A stretch of DNA of 64,000 nt from Gemmatimonadales bacterium. Its GTDB lineage: Bacteria > Gemmatimonadota > Gemmatimonadetes > Gemmatimonadales > GWC2-71-9. The notes beneath the pieces were generated by a model that worked only from the letters and a program-made list of their open reading frames with translations, did not search any database and had not been told where the DNA came from. Made by a program: the position numbers and the translations under genes. Positions 9,873 through 19,628 of the stretch are shown here, one piece after another. The stretch's first letter is position 1. The number at the start of each line of letters is the position of its first letter. The stretch spans positions 128,001 to 192,000 of the forward strand of contig JBFGJG010000001.1 of NCBI GenBank assembly GCA_041577295.1, written 5' to 3'.

Positions 9873-10376
9873 ATGGCGACCAGCGAACGGTGCGAACGGT
9901 GCGGCGCAGACCTGGATTATCTGCGACATCCTGTTCGGCGGCTGAGTTGGACGCGCTACTGGTGGCAGGGCATCAGGAGCTACTTCACCGGTCAATTGCG
10001 CATCTGCACCCGCTGTGGGGCGATGTACACGGGCGCTGGTGAGCTGTTGGCCGCCGGCGCGGTCGAAACCGACGCCGAGCGCCGTCTCAACACGTATCGC
10101 AAGGACATGGCTGCTCTACGCGATGGGTTCGCCGCCGTGGTAATCGCGGCCGAGTTGGCGGTGGTATGGTTGGCTGGGGGTACCGAGGTGTTCGAGCTCT
10201 CGAAGGTGCTATTGGCCGGGGGGGTTGGGTTGGGGGCGCTTGGTCCGTTCGCATTCTTTGCCAGAAAAGCCCAGTTAGCCAAACGGGACCTCAAGCGTCT
10301 CCGCACCGCGCGTCGCAGCGGGGCCATTCCAGCGTTCGCCGCTTCGCCGGAGGGGGAAAAAACAACGGGAGCGTGA
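9873..10376 (+). CDS. Hypothetical protein: N-terminal CxxC/CxxC zinc ribbon plus two TM helices
   Basis: CERCG...CTRCG followed by two hydrophobic segments; ends at a terminator hairpin. Confidence 0.6.
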   Translation: MATSERCERCGADLDYLRHPVRRLSWTRYWWQGIRSYFTGQLRICTRCGAMYTGAGELLAAGAVETDAERRLNTYRKDMAALRDGFAAVVIAAELAVVWLAGGTEVFELSKVLLAGGVGLGALGPFAFFARKAQLAKRDLKRLRTARRSGAIPAFAASPEGEKTTGA

Positions 10377-10398
10377 ACACACGCTCCCGTTTCTTCTT
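10357..10398. terminator. Bidirectional intrinsic terminator between convergent genes
   Basis: 12-bp stem AACGGGAGCGTG / CACGCTCCCGTT with a 4-nt loop, A-tract on the left and T-rich tract on the right. Confidence 0.8.
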
Positions 10399-10420
10399 GC
10401 GCTCTCGGAACAACGATGGC

Positions 10421-10687
10421 TCAGGAAGCTGCCGCCAGCGGGTAGACGCTCACCTGAAGCCGCTTCTTGTCCTTGGGCTCGAACTTCACGGTCCCATCGA
10501 TCAGCGCGAAGAGGGTGTCGTCCTTCGCACGCTTCACGTTTCTTCCCGGATGAAACTTCGTCCCGCGTTGGCGAACCAGGATGTTGCCAGCGCGCACCTG
10601 CTCCCCGCCATATCGCTTTACGCCGAGGAACTTGGGCTTGGAGTCACGACCGTTGCGGCTCGAACCTACGCCCTTCTTATGTGCCAT
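10421..10687 (-). CDS. rpmA: 50S ribosomal protein L27
   Basis: [16 protein letters not shown]...[13 protein letters not shown]. Confidence 0.98.
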   Translation of the reverse strand: MAHKKGVGSSRNGRDSKPKFLGVKRYGGEQVRAGNILVRQRGTKFHPGRNVKRAKDDTLFALIDGTVKFEPKDKKRLQVSVYPLAAAS

Positions 10688-10696
10688 GGTACGTGC

Positions 10697-11014
10697 CTAC
10701 CCGAGCTTGAGGTCGGTGATCTTCACTTCGGTGAACGCCTGACGATGCCCCGTCTTGCGCCGATAGTTCTTGCGACGCTTGAAACGAAATACGACGAGCT
10801 TCCTGTCGCGGCCGTGCCGGACGATCTCCCCAACCACCTTGGCGCCTTTCACCGATGGCTGCCCAGCCTTTACGCTCTCTCCGTCACTCGTGAGGAGCAC
10901 GTCGTCAAAGGTGACCTTGGTGCCAGGATCCCCCTCCATCCGAGGGATCCGGAGAAAGTCGCCCTTCTCGGCTCGAAATTGCTGCCCGGCCGCCCGAATG
11001 ATTGCGTATGTCAT
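10697..11014 (-). CDS. rplU: 50S ribosomal protein L21
   Basis: [15 protein letters not shown]...[18 protein letters not shown]; directly upstream of rpmA. Confidence 0.97.
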   Translation of the reverse strand: MTYAIIRAAGQQFRAEKGDFLRIPRMEGDPGTKVTFDDVLLTSDGESVKAGQPSVKGAKVVGEIVRHGRDRKLVVFRFKRRKNYRRKTGHRQAFTEVKITDLKLG

Positions 11015-11022
11015 AGGCTGTA

Positions 11023-11051
11023 AGGCTAACCGCAGCAAGGAATTCGGTCAA
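11023..11051 (-). promoter_or_regulatory. Sigma70-type promoter of rplU-rpmA (near-leaderless)
   Basis: TTGACC-N17-TAGCCT; ATG 8 nt downstream of the -10 hexamer; no SD. Confidence 0.6.
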
Positions 11052-11146
11052 GGGTTCGAACGTCGTGAGGAGTGGGGCGGCCAACGGCCCCTCACTCCTC
11101 AGAATTTACGATGGCGCGACGGTGTTTGGGCGGCTCGGCCTGTCGT

Positions 11147-12673
11147 TCAGGCTACCGCGTACCGATCGGTAACATCGCGGCCCGCCGGCTGCGCCACCAG
11201 GCGAAACTCGTCCATGCGGGTGATCGGGTCATCACGCATCTCGAGATCGATCCCGGTCATTTTGCGCATCTTTTTCAAAAACTCAGGCTCGTCCTCCATG
11301 AGATACAGGGCAACCTCTGGATGAACTCGCACCGTCATCCGACGTTCCTGCTTCTCGTGGGCGACCCGGTGCAGTGACCGCTCGAGTCGGCGAACGACCA
11401 CCTCGGGACGGAAGACCCTGCCCGTCCCGGCACAGGTGGGACAGGCTGTGGTGGTAGAGGCCCACAGGGACGGACGCACCCGTTGGCGCGTCATCTCGAC
11501 CAAGCCCAGCTCCGATACCTGAAAGGCGCGGGTGCGTGCACGGTCTCGACCGAGATGGGTCCGCAACTCGTGCAGCACACGCTCGCGATTCGAACGGCTC
11601 TCCATGTCGATGAAGTCGATCACGATGATGCCGCCGACGTCGCGCAGCCGGATCTGGCGGGCGATCTCGCGGGCCGCCGCCAAGTTGGTCCGCAAGATAG
11701 TCTTCTCGGGGTCTTTGCGGCCCGTGTAGCTCCCCGTATTAACGTCAATCGATACGAGCGCCTCGGTCGGTTCGATCACCAGCGAGCCACCGGTCGGAAG
11801 CGGCACCTCCCGCTCGAAGATGGCGCGGATCTCGTTCTCGATCCCGAACTTGTCGAACAGCGGGGTGTGATCCGAATACTGAACAACACGGCTCAGGAGC
11901 TCCGGATCGACCTGATTCAAATACTGCTTGATCTCGTTATAGAGCGGCCGGGAGTCGACGTAGAGTTTGTCGACTTTGTCGCTAAAGACATCACGGATGA
12001 TGCCACTGGTGAGCTTAGCCTCCCGATGCACGAGGGCGGGAGCCTTGAGCCGAACGAAGTGTGCTTTCCGGTTGACCTTTTTCCAGAGATCGCGTAGCGA
12101 CTTCAGCTCGCGTTTGATGTGGTCGTCTGTCAGATCCTCGGCGACGGTCCGTACGATGACACCACCGGAATTGCCGGGAAGCCGTTTGCTGACGACCTCG
12201 CGAAGCCGACTGCGCTCCTCCCGCGACTCGATCTTCCGGCTGACGCCAACCTTGGAGGCGAATGGCAAGTACACCAAGAATCGACCGGCGATCGAGATCT
12301 GTGCAGTAACACGTGGTCCCTTGGTCCCGATGGGCTCCTTGGTGACCTGAACCAGCAGCGTCTGACCACGTTTCAGGTGGTCTTGGATGTTCGGGAGGCG
12401 TCGATTCGAGCGGCTGCCGTTCCCGTTTTCGTCGTCGTCGTCCTCAGGCTCGATGAGATCCGACGCGTGGAGGAACGCACTCTTGCCTTCGCCGATGTTC
12501 ACGAAGGCGGCCTGCATTCCGGGCAATACGGCTTCCACTTTGCCGAGGTAGATGTTGCCGACGGTTCGCCTGTTCTCGGGGTGGTCGAGCAGCAGCTCGG
12601 CGAGGCGATCGTCCTCCAGAATCGCCACACGGGTCTCCCGTGAGGCACCATTGATGAGTATCTCGCGTTTCAA
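11147..12673 (-). CDS. Rne/Rng family ribonuclease (RNase E/G)
   Basis: S1 domain (GNIYLGKV..VLPGMQAAFV), KEPIGTKGPR, IDVNTG, IDFIDM, CPTC zinc link. TTG start at 12673. Confidence 0.95.
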   Translation of the reverse strand: MKREILINGASRETRVAILEDDRLAELLLDHPENRRTVGNIYLGKVEAVLPGMQAAFVNIGEGKSAFLHASDLIEPEDDDDENGNGSRSNRRLPNIQDHLKRGQTLLVQVTKEPIGTKGPRVTAQISIAGRFLVYLPFASKVGVSRKIESREERSRLREVVSKRLPGNSGGVIVRTVAEDLTDDHIKRELKSLRDLWKKVNRKAHFVRLKAPALVHREAKLTSGIIRDVFSDKVDKLYVDSRPLYNEIKQYLNQVDPELLSRVVQYSDHTPLFDKFGIENEIRAIFEREVPLPTGGSLVIEPTEALVSIDVNTGSYTGRKDPEKTILRTNLAAAREIARQIRLRDVGGIIVIDFIDMESRSNRERVLHELRTHLGRDRARTRAFQVSELGLVEMTRQRVRPSLWASTTTACPTCAGTGRVFRPEVVVRRLERSLHRVAHEKQERRMTVRVHPEVALYLMEDEPEFLKKMRKMTGIDLEMRDDPITRMDEFRLVAQPAGRDVTDRYAVA

Positions 12674-12874
12674 CTGAAATAACCTCTGGCGCTGGCGTGG
12701 CACCACCGTCTGACCGGTGATCCACGTGAGCGCCACTTGTTGTAACCGGCCGGAGCCCTGGCTTCACGAACGCCAAAACATGCGGTGCCGCCCAACCCAA
12801 CAGTGTCGGGTTGAGCATCTCGCGCCCGAGGCGATCCAGTCTCCGGTCTCGAAAAGTCATGTTAATTACTTACA

Positions 12875-12887
12875 AATCAAAGCGTTA
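12875..12887 (+). promoter_or_regulatory. IHF-consensus site upstream of rne/rng
   Basis: AATCAA-AGCG-TTA exactly matches WATCAANNNNTTR, next to an AT-rich tract. Confidence 0.45.
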
Positions 12888-12923
12888 CGGGTCAGCACGT
12901 CAAGTACCACGGGAGCTGTGAGA

Positions 12924-14189
12924 TCACCCGACGTCCGTTGCCGCACCAGCTCCGCCATCTCCTGTCACGGTCACGAGATCGCCCAACAGTTCCCGTGCGA
13001 TCACAATGCGCTGAATCTCGCTCGTCCCCTCGCCGATCTCGCACACCTTCGCATCACGCATCATCCGCTCAACGGGGTACTCCGTCGTGTACCCGTACCC
13101 CCCGTGAAGCTGCACCGCCTTGGTCGTAGCACGCATCGCCAGTTCAGACGCGAAGAGCTTGGCCATGGCCGCTTCCCGTTTGTGTGGGCGTTGGTTCTGA
13201 TGCAGCCAGGCGGCATGATAAATCAGGTGCCGGGCGGCGGCGATCTCCGTGGCCATGTCGGCCAGAGCGAAGTGGACCCCCTGAAAGGAGGCAATGGCAC
13301 GACCGAACTGTCGCCGCTCGGACGTGTAGCCGAGACACTCATCGAGCGCTCCCTGCGCCAGCCCTAGCGAGAGAGCCGCCAACCCAATGCGTCCCGAATC
13401 GAGGGTCTTGAGGAAGTTGGCGTAGCCACGTCCTCGGTCGCCCAGCATGTTCTCTTTGGGGACTACGGCATCCTCGAGCACCAACTCTCGTGTATCGGAC
13501 GCCCGCCAGCCCAGCTTGTCCTCTTTCTTCGCCGCCCGCACGCCAGGAGTCTTGGGAAGGTCCGGCGCATGCCCCACTCCAAGCTCCATTGCACGGTCCA
13601 AGTCCACCGTGTCTTTGGTGACGATGAATGATGTTATGCCACCGCTCCGATTCACCCGATCGGTGTCGGTGCGTGCCGTAATCACGAAGACCTCACCGAC
13701 CCCGGCGTTGGTGATGAAGATCTTGGACCCGCTGATGACGAAGTGGTCGCCCTTCTCGGTGGCCGTGGTCTGGGTGCCGCCCGCATCCGATCCCGCCCCC
13801 GGCTCGGTGAGCCCAAAGCCGCCCAACACCCGTCCTCCAGCCAGGAGCGGTACGAATCGCTTGCGCTGCTCGTCAGACCCGAAGTTGACGATCGGCGATG
13901 TTCCCAGCGTGGTGTGTGCGGACACCGTAATCGCGTGGCTCGCGTCCACACGTGCCAGCTCTTCGACCAAAATGATATAGGACAAATAGTCCATTCCGGC
14001 ACCGCCGAGCTCGGGCACCCACGGAGCGCCAAGGAAGCCCAGCTCACCCATCTTCTTGATGTTGTCCCAGGGGAATCGGTTTTCGGTGTCGAACTGTCGC
14101 GCGACTGGCCGGATCTCGGTCTCGGCGAAATCGCGTACGATCTCACGCACCTGATGGTGCTCATCGGTCAAGTAGGGAAGCTCCTTCAT
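12924..14189 (-). CDS. Acyl-CoA dehydrogenase (short/branched-chain type)
   Basis: [47 protein letters not shown]. Confidence 0.93.
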   Translation of the reverse strand: MKELPYLTDEHHQVREIVRDFAETEIRPVARQFDTENRFPWDNIKKMGELGFLGAPWVPELGGAGMDYLSYIILVEELARVDASHAITVSAHTTLGTSPIVNFGSDEQRKRFVPLLAGGRVLGGFGLTEPGAGSDAGGTQTTATEKGDHFVISGSKIFITNAGVGEVFVITARTDTDRVNRSGGITSFIVTKDTVDLDRAMELGVGHAPDLPKTPGVRAAKKEDKLGWRASDTRELVLEDAVVPKENMLGDRGRGYANFLKTLDSGRIGLAALSLGLAQGALDECLGYTSERRQFGRAIASFQGVHFALADMATEIAAARHLIYHAAWLHQNQRPHKREAAMAKLFASELAMRATTKAVQLHGGYGYTTEYPVERMMRDAKVCEIGEGTSEIQRIVIARELLGDLVTVTGDGGAGAATDVG

Positions 14190-14221
14190 GGCGCCGAAAT
14201 ATAGCAGGACTCGGGCCAGGC

Positions 14222-14710
14222 TCAGTCGCTAAGTCCTTTTGGCGGACCGAGAATGGTCTGGAGGATGATGCCGTCCCTGACCGATTGAGGGCTGCCAAGA
14301 AGGCGCTGCCGAATCGGCGTGTAGCGGGGTCCTTGAACGATTGCGGGGCCCTCGGGGAGGTATCGCTCGTGGAACTCGGCGTGGCGCTGCTCGGTGGAGA
14401 CTTCCAGCGGCTCCAGCGACCGCGCTTCCGTCGGTTCTGGGACCACCGGCTCAAAGGCCGGCTCTGGCTGAACTGGTTCCGGGACGCGCTGCTGGAGAAG
14501 ATCGAGCAAGCTCTCCTCCAGGGTCTTTCCTCCACGGGCGGGCGCTGGTTGCGGAACCGGTCGCGCCGTTTGGGTGGCGGCCGCCGGCTCGGGACGCCGC
14601 TGCGGGCGGGCCCGCGGCTTCTGTTGGCTCTGCGTTTTCTTCCGACTTCCCGACAGCAATCCAATGATGAGGATTGCGAGGAAAATGATGAGCTCGACGA
14701 AATCGCCCAT
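14222..14710 (-). CDS. Hypothetical membrane-anchored protein (YqfB-like third gene of the nfeD-floA operon)
   Basis: N-terminal TM helix, Pro/Gln-rich linker, C-terminal [15 protein letters not shown]; operon position. Confidence 0.6.
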   Translation of the reverse strand: MGDFVELIIFLAILIIGLLSGSRKKTQSQQKPRARPQRRPEPAAATQTARPVPQPAPARGGKTLEESLLDLLQQRVPEPVQPEPAFEPVVPEPTEARSLEPLEVSTEQRHAEFHERYLPEGPAIVQGPRYTPIRQRLLGSPQSVRDGIILQTILGPPKGLSD

Positions 14711-14712
14711 GC

Positions 14713-15717
14713 TCAGCCCTCGCCCATCTCGCTCCCACCGCCCTCACCACGGGCGATGCTGCGGCGCATCGCCGTATCGCCCTCGATATTGCGGTATCGG
14801 GCGTAATCCATGACGCCGAGGACTCCCTTGCGAAATGCGTCTGCCATGGCAAGCGGTATTTGCGCCTCGGCTTCGACGAACTTGGCACGCATTTCCTGCG
14901 TCTTTGCCTTCATCTCCTGCTCGGAAGCGACCGCCATCGCCCGCCGCTCCTCGGCTTTTGCCTGCGCGATGCGCTTGTCGGCCTCTGCTTGATCGGTTTG
15001 CAGCTCGGCGCCGATGTTCTTCCCCACGTCGACGTCGGCGATATCGATGGACAGAATTTCGAACGCTGTCCCGCTGTCCAGTCCTTTAGCCAGCACCGTC
15101 TTGGAAATGTTGTCGGGATTCTCCAGTACCGCCTTGTGGGACACGGCGGACCCGATGGTCGACACGATCCCCTCGCCGACTCTGGCGAGGATCGTCTCCT
15201 CTCCCGCTCCGCCCACGAGCCGGTTGATGTTCGCTCGCACCGTAACGCGCGCGAGCGCGATGAGCTGAATGCCGTCCTTCGCCATCGCAGCGACCTTGGG
15301 CGTCTGTATGACCTTCGGGTTCACCGACACCTGGACCGCCTCGAGCACGTCGCGCCCCGCGAGATCGATGGCGGTCGCCTGTTTGAACGGGAGATCGATT
15401 CCTGCCTTGTCGGCCGAGATCAACGCCTTGACCACGCGGTCTACGTTGCCGCCGGCCAGGTAGTGCGCTTCCAGCATGTCGATCCCGAGAGTGAGTCCCG
15501 CCTTGGTCGCGTTGATGAGCGGCCGCACGACTGCTGCTGGGTTCACTTTGCGGAGCCGCATGCCGACCAGGGTGCGGAACGTCACGCGCACGCCAGCAGC
15601 CAAAGCCTCGATCCACAACCGGACCGGAATGAATGAGAGAAACCAGCCGGCGAACAACACGACAATGATCAACACCACCGGGAGGAGCCACGGTGCCAGT
15701 TCGAACAATTCGCTCAT
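14713..15717 (-). CDS. floA: Flotillin-like protein FloA (YqfA)
   Basis: [46 protein letters not shown]. Confidence 0.93.
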   Translation of the reverse strand: MSELFELAPWLLPVVLIIVVLFAGWFLSFIPVRLWIEALAAGVRVTFRTLVGMRLRKVNPAAVVRPLINATKAGLTLGIDMLEAHYLAGGNVDRVVKALISADKAGIDLPFKQATAIDLAGRDVLEAVQVSVNPKVIQTPKVAAMAKDGIQLIALARVTVRANINRLVGGAGEETILARVGEGIVSTIGSAVSHKAVLENPDNISKTVLAKGLDSGTAFEILSIDIADVDVGKNIGAELQTDQAEADKRIAQAKAEERRAMAVASEQEMKAKTQEMRAKFVEAEAQIPLAMADAFRKGVLGVMDYARYRNIEGDTAMRRSIARGEGGGSEMGEG

Positions 15718-15733
15718 GCGCTATCCTCGAGGT

Positions 15734-17089
15734 TTAAACGCTTGCCGCGTCGCCAACGGCCTCCACGACGAGGCGGTACCCTTCGGACCGGATGATCCGA
15801 ACCCGGGTGCCCTTTGGAATGAATCCAGAATCGGCCACGACGTCCAGACGCTCCTCGCCCGCTCGGATCGTGCCGGATGGGCGGAGGTCGGTGACGGCGA
15901 CGCCCTCGGCGCCGATCAACTCGTTGCGGGCAGGGGCTGAGAGAAAGCCGGTTTCCTTGGTCGTGGCCACCCTGAGAAAGATGCCCCGCAGCCGATCACT
16001 CGTAGGTAGGTGTCGAACCAGGGCGTACGTCACCCCCACGACAATCATAAACGCCACCGCTAGGATTCCGCCGGCACGAGCGACATCGGCCCACGTGGGG
16101 AGGGCACCAATCAGCGCGAGAAACGTCGCGGAACCTATGCAGAGCAGCGCGATGACCCCGGCAATGCCGAACCCGGGCATGACGAACACTTCGATTCCCA
16201 GCGCGATGAGTCCCGCACCAAGGAGGATTACCTCTTCCCATCCAGCCAAGCCAACAATGAGGTGGCTACCAAAGAAGGCGCTGAGGGCGAGAATGCCGGT
16301 GATCCCGGCGAGCCCAAATGAGGGTGTCTTGATCTCGATAATGAGCCCGAGCGTGCCGATGGAGAGCAGGAGCGGCGCCACGATAGGATGCGACAGAAAC
16401 CGAACCAGCCGCTCCGCCCAATTGATCCCGGGGTGCACCACCCTCGCATCGTCCAAGCCGAGATTCGCAAGCACGTCATCCCAGTTAAGTACTTCCACCG
16501 CGTACCCGACCCGGACCGCCTCGTCCGCCGTGAGCGTCAGCAGCTTCCCTGCCTCGACCACACCCTCAACCGCAATTTCCTCGTCCACCATGGCCTCGCC
16601 GATGCGTGGATCCAGGCCTCGTCGCTCGGCGAGCGCTCGGTATTGCGCGCGCATCACGCTCTGCGCCTTCTCGGACATCTTCTGCCCCTCACCACCCACT
16701 ACGGTTGAGGCACCCATGTGTCCATCAGCGACGATGAAGATGGAGTCCGTCGCCACAGCAATCAGCGCCCCCGCGGAGATCGCCCGCGGATGCACAAACG
16801 CGTAGACCGGAACCTCCGATTCTGAGATCGCGTCCACGATGTTTAGCGCGGCATCCACGCGGCCGCCCAACGTGTTGATCTCGAGCACGACCGCTTGCGC
16901 TCCCTCGGTTGCTGCTTCCCGAAGGGTCCGCTCGATGTAGGGGGCAATTCCCAGCTCGATCGCGCCCGTGACCGGCACTCGGTAGACAACTTGGTCCTGA
17001 CTGTGGAACGGTCTGGCGGTCTGCGCCGTCACACTCAACACCACGGCTGCCAGTCCCGTGGTCACACGGGCTCTGCTCGTCATAGCCAT
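15734..17089 (-). CDS. NfeD family membrane-bound serine protease (YqeZ-like)
   Basis: INTLGG, AISAGALI, GKLLTLT ClpP-like domain; TM domain; C-terminal OB fold (TDLRPSG). Confidence 0.9.
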   Translation of the reverse strand: MAMTSRARVTTGLAAVVLSVTAQTARPFHSQDQVVYRVPVTGAIELGIAPYIERTLREAATEGAQAVVLEINTLGGRVDAALNIVDAISESEVPVYAFVHPRAISAGALIAVATDSIFIVADGHMGASTVVGGEGQKMSEKAQSVMRAQYRALAERRGLDPRIGEAMVDEEIAVEGVVEAGKLLTLTADEAVRVGYAVEVLNWDDVLANLGLDDARVVHPGINWAERLVRFLSHPIVAPLLLSIGTLGLIIEIKTPSFGLAGITGILALSAFFGSHLIVGLAGWEEVILLGAGLIALGIEVFVMPGFGIAGVIALLCIGSATFLALIGALPTWADVARAGGILAVAFMIVVGVTYALVRHLPTSDRLRGIFLRVATTKETGFLSAPARNELIGAEGVAVTDLRPSGTIRAGEERLDVVADSGFIPKGTRVRIIRSEGYRLVVEAVGDAASV

Positions 17090-17246
17090 GTAAGAAAGGT
17101 AGGACCCTGCTCCCAGCGGCGGAAGCGCAATGGCGGGACGCGCCGGCGGATTCCGCCAAACCGCTTCATGTGCAGCGCTGCTGCGTTGGTAAGCCCGATT
17201 GCGGTCGGGGAGGGATCATTGCATATTGGGAGGGTCGCATGCGCAC

Positions 17247-17358
17247 AAAAAAAAGCGCTGCGGCGTGCTGAGCCGGGCATTGGTGTGGTCCCGCTCGTCC
17301 CCTCCCGACGAGATGCTTGCCTGGCGACAAGACGCTCAGCACGCCGCAGTTTTTCTTT
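17247..17358. ncRNA. Candidate structured small RNA
   Basis: Perfect 16-bp inverted repeat (17258-17273 / 17334-17349) enclosing two internal hairpins, flanked by A8 and TTTTTCTTT. Confidence 0.45.
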
Positions 17359-17562
17359 GCCCTCCTCAACGGAATTTCTGTGCCAGGGGTTCCGCACACC
17401 AGTCGCTACGACCGTAAAGTCCATCCACAAAAGCACTTATGACTATCGCGCACAGCGAGCGACTCTCTCGAGCCGCTTGGCAATATGCGTACGTCTGTGC
17501 TGAATCGAGGACAGCGGTGCCCTGCGCCGTGGTCGCGCTCGGAGGGTTGTGGTAGGGTCGTC

Positions 17563-17856
17563 TTATGCGGGCTGCTGTTGCCCCCTGCTGCTCGACAGGA
17601 CGCGGAACAGTCGTCGCGTCTCGTTCGATCCACCGTGCGGCGCGACGGTCACGGTGGCTGCCGGTAACCGAGCCTCGACCGCGCGAGCGATGGCCATGAG
17701 ATCCTCGTGGTTGTCTGGTCCGACCTCCACGAGCAGTTCGATCTTGGGGTCCTCGAGAAGCCGCGGCACGTACCACCACACGAGCACACCAGGGTGATCC
17801 GGGGCCACCTCGGTCACGGCGCGAACAACGTCGAGCACATTCGAGCGTTGATGCAT
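17563..17856 (-). CDS. Hypothetical protein, possible degenerate minimal-nucleotidyltransferase fold
   Basis: 97-aa ORF with ATG start; HPGVLVWWYVP...IELLVEV pattern; divergent from chaC. Confidence 0.5.
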   Translation of the reverse strand: MHQRSNVLDVVRAVTEVAPDHPGVLVWWYVPRLLEDPKIELLVEVGPDNHEDLMAIARAVEARLPAATVTVAPHGGSNETRRLFRVLSSSRGQQQPA

Positions 17857-17995
17857 TGCGGTATGTCCTCGGGGTTCAAAGTCGTCCGCTGGAGGCCACT
17901 TGCGATTCGCCCTGCCGCTAGTAGACTAAGCCTCCCAACGCGGATCGCAAGGGACTTACGGCTGGAAAACCGCCCGCGACCTGGAGGCATTCGGA

Positions 17996-18526
17996 GTGAC
18001 TTGGATCTTCGCCTACGGCAGTCTCATGGGCGACAACGCGATGCGGTACTACTCTGGGGGCGGTGCCCGCTTGAACGGGTACCGCCGGGCGTTCAATCAC
18101 GCGTCGATTAGGCGTTGGGGCACACCGGAACACCCGTGTCCCATTCTCGGGCTGTCGCCGGGCGGAGACTGTCATGGCGTTGCGTTTGACATTCCACAAC
18201 CCGACGAACGGGATGTTCGGCGAAAGATCGAGCGTCGCGAGGGCCAAGAGGAGTTCGAGCGCAAGCGCGTGCAAATCGAGCGAAATGGTGACGGCACCAC
18301 GAAGGCGATGGTATGGGTGACGAAGCGTCGCGTGGTGGGCCGAGGCCTGTGGCCGGAAGATACGGCCGAGCTCGTCCCGTTTTTCCGCGCCGCTCACGGC
18401 TCGGTGGGTAACGGCGTGGAGTACATTCGCACACTGATCCACGCGATGGAGCGGTGGCAGATTCATGATGCGATGGTGGAGTCGCTGTGGGAAGCATTGA
18501 AACCCTATTCCAACCCGAAGGGCTGA
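17996..18526 (+). CDS. ChaC-family gamma-glutamylcyclotransferase
   Basis: WIFAYGSL, GYRRAF, RWGTPEHP, RRE, GSVGNGVEY; SD GGAGG; possible TTGCGA-N16-TAGACT promoter at 17900-17927. Confidence 0.85.
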   Translation: MTWIFAYGSLMGDNAMRYYSGGGARLNGYRRAFNHASIRRWGTPEHPCPILGLSPGGDCHGVAFDIPQPDERDVRRKIERREGQEEFERKRVQIERNGDGTTKAMVWVTKRRVVGRGLWPEDTAELVPFFRAAHGSVGNGVEYIRTLIHAMERWQIHDAMVESLWEALKPYSNPKG

Positions 18527-18532
18527 GCGACC

Positions 18533-19603
18533 ATGCTCCTCTACATCACGACTGGCGAACCACGGGATCGGAAGGTCAACCCCTTGCATACGATTCCCGA
18601 CACGGTCAACGAGCTCTTTTATCTCGCGATGCGTGAACACGACCGGCCCGCGGTCGTGCAGTATTGGCAGGCGGACCGATGGATGCGCGACCCAGACTGG
18701 CGCTTCGATCGGCAAGTAATCCAGGTGGCCCTGTTCCTCACCACACGACTGGATCTCTCCGCGGGAGACGGTGTGGGGATTCTGGGACCGCTCCGCCCAC
18801 TGTGGCTGCAGGTAGACTTCGCCGTCCAGGGTTTCCATGGCGTCCCGGTCGGCTTTGCAGATGAGCTCACCGATGACCAGCTGTGCACGGCCGTTGATCA
18901 GTCGGGTGTTCGCGTGATATTCGCGACCGATCGGACCAGCACGGAGCGCCTGGTTCGCCTGCGCCCGCGGTTTCGCGAGCAGCCGGTTCTCATCAAGGCC
19001 GAGGGCGCCGAAGAAGGCGAGGATGGAATCGTGGGCGGGGCGTTTCTGTGGAGCCGCGGGCAGGTGCTGGACACTCCCGAGCGAGCGCAGAGCTGGCGCG
19101 CCACCGCGCGCAAGGTCGACGCCGATATGATTGCCGGGGTCCACTTCGGCGCCGTTGATAAGAAGGTGGTGCGCGAAGCGTACACGCACGGGGACGCGAT
19201 GAGCTTTGTGCGCGATCGTGTCGAGCGTAGCCCGGCCGCCTCGGGCGATGTCGCGTTCTTCGAGGCGCAACGGGTCACCCCAATTGTGCGGCAGATCGCG
19301 TACGCCTACGTGGGGGACGGAGACACGGTAGTCGTGCTCCCCGGGACACGCGGTGCGCAAGCGCTCCATGAGGAGCGTCCCACCAGATTGGTCGTCTCCG
19401 AGAGTTGGCTGGCCGGCTTCGCCGACGACGTCGAGGCCAAAGTCGGTTCGCGTAAACTGCACGATCGGCTCGCCGAGGTCGTAGGAGAGCGTCTCCGGTG
19501 GATCGAACCGACGAGCGAGCTTCCAGCGGCGCTTGAACGCCGCTTGCTCGAGGCCGGTTTGCCGTTGCCGGCGCTCGCTTTGCAGGGCAAGACGCCCACT
19601 TGA
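18533..19603 (+). CDS. Degenerate long-chain acyl-CoA synthetase (AMP-binding) N-terminal-fold protein
   Basis: PDTVNELF, LSAGDGVGIL...WLQVDFAVQ..GVPV and RVIFA resemble FadD15-type N-termini. The YTSGTTG P-loop and the C-terminal domain are absent. Confidence 0.55.
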   Translation: MLLYITTGEPRDRKVNPLHTIPDTVNELFYLAMREHDRPAVVQYWQADRWMRDPDWRFDRQVIQVALFLTTRLDLSAGDGVGILGPLRPLWLQVDFAVQGFHGVPVGFADELTDDQLCTAVDQSGVRVIFATDRTSTERLVRLRPRFREQPVLIKAEGAEEGEDGIVGGAFLWSRGQVLDTPERAQSWRATARKVDADMIAGVHFGAVDKKVVREAYTHGDAMSFVRDRVERSPAASGDVAFFEAQRVTPIVRQIAYAYVGDGDTVVVLPGTRGAQALHEERPTRLVVSESWLAGFADDVEAKVGSRKLHDRLAEVVGERLRWIEPTSELPAALERRLLEAGLPLPALALQGKTPT

Positions 19604-19628
19604 CGGGGAGCACCAGACGCGCCATACT
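19600..19628 (+). promoter_or_regulatory. Sigma70-type promoter of the Tes-like radical SAM gene
   Basis: TTGACG-N17-CATACT followed by a leader of about 160 nt and SD GGAGG. Confidence 0.65.

Noticed and set aside
12740..12850. 6S RNA or tRNA in the rne upstream region
   Set aside because: Too short and branched for the 6S rod; no tRNA T-loop or cloverleaf consensus.
17186..17202. Plus-strand sigma54 promoter TGGTAAGCCCGATTGC
   Set aside because: GG-to-GC spacing is 11 nt rather than the strict 10.
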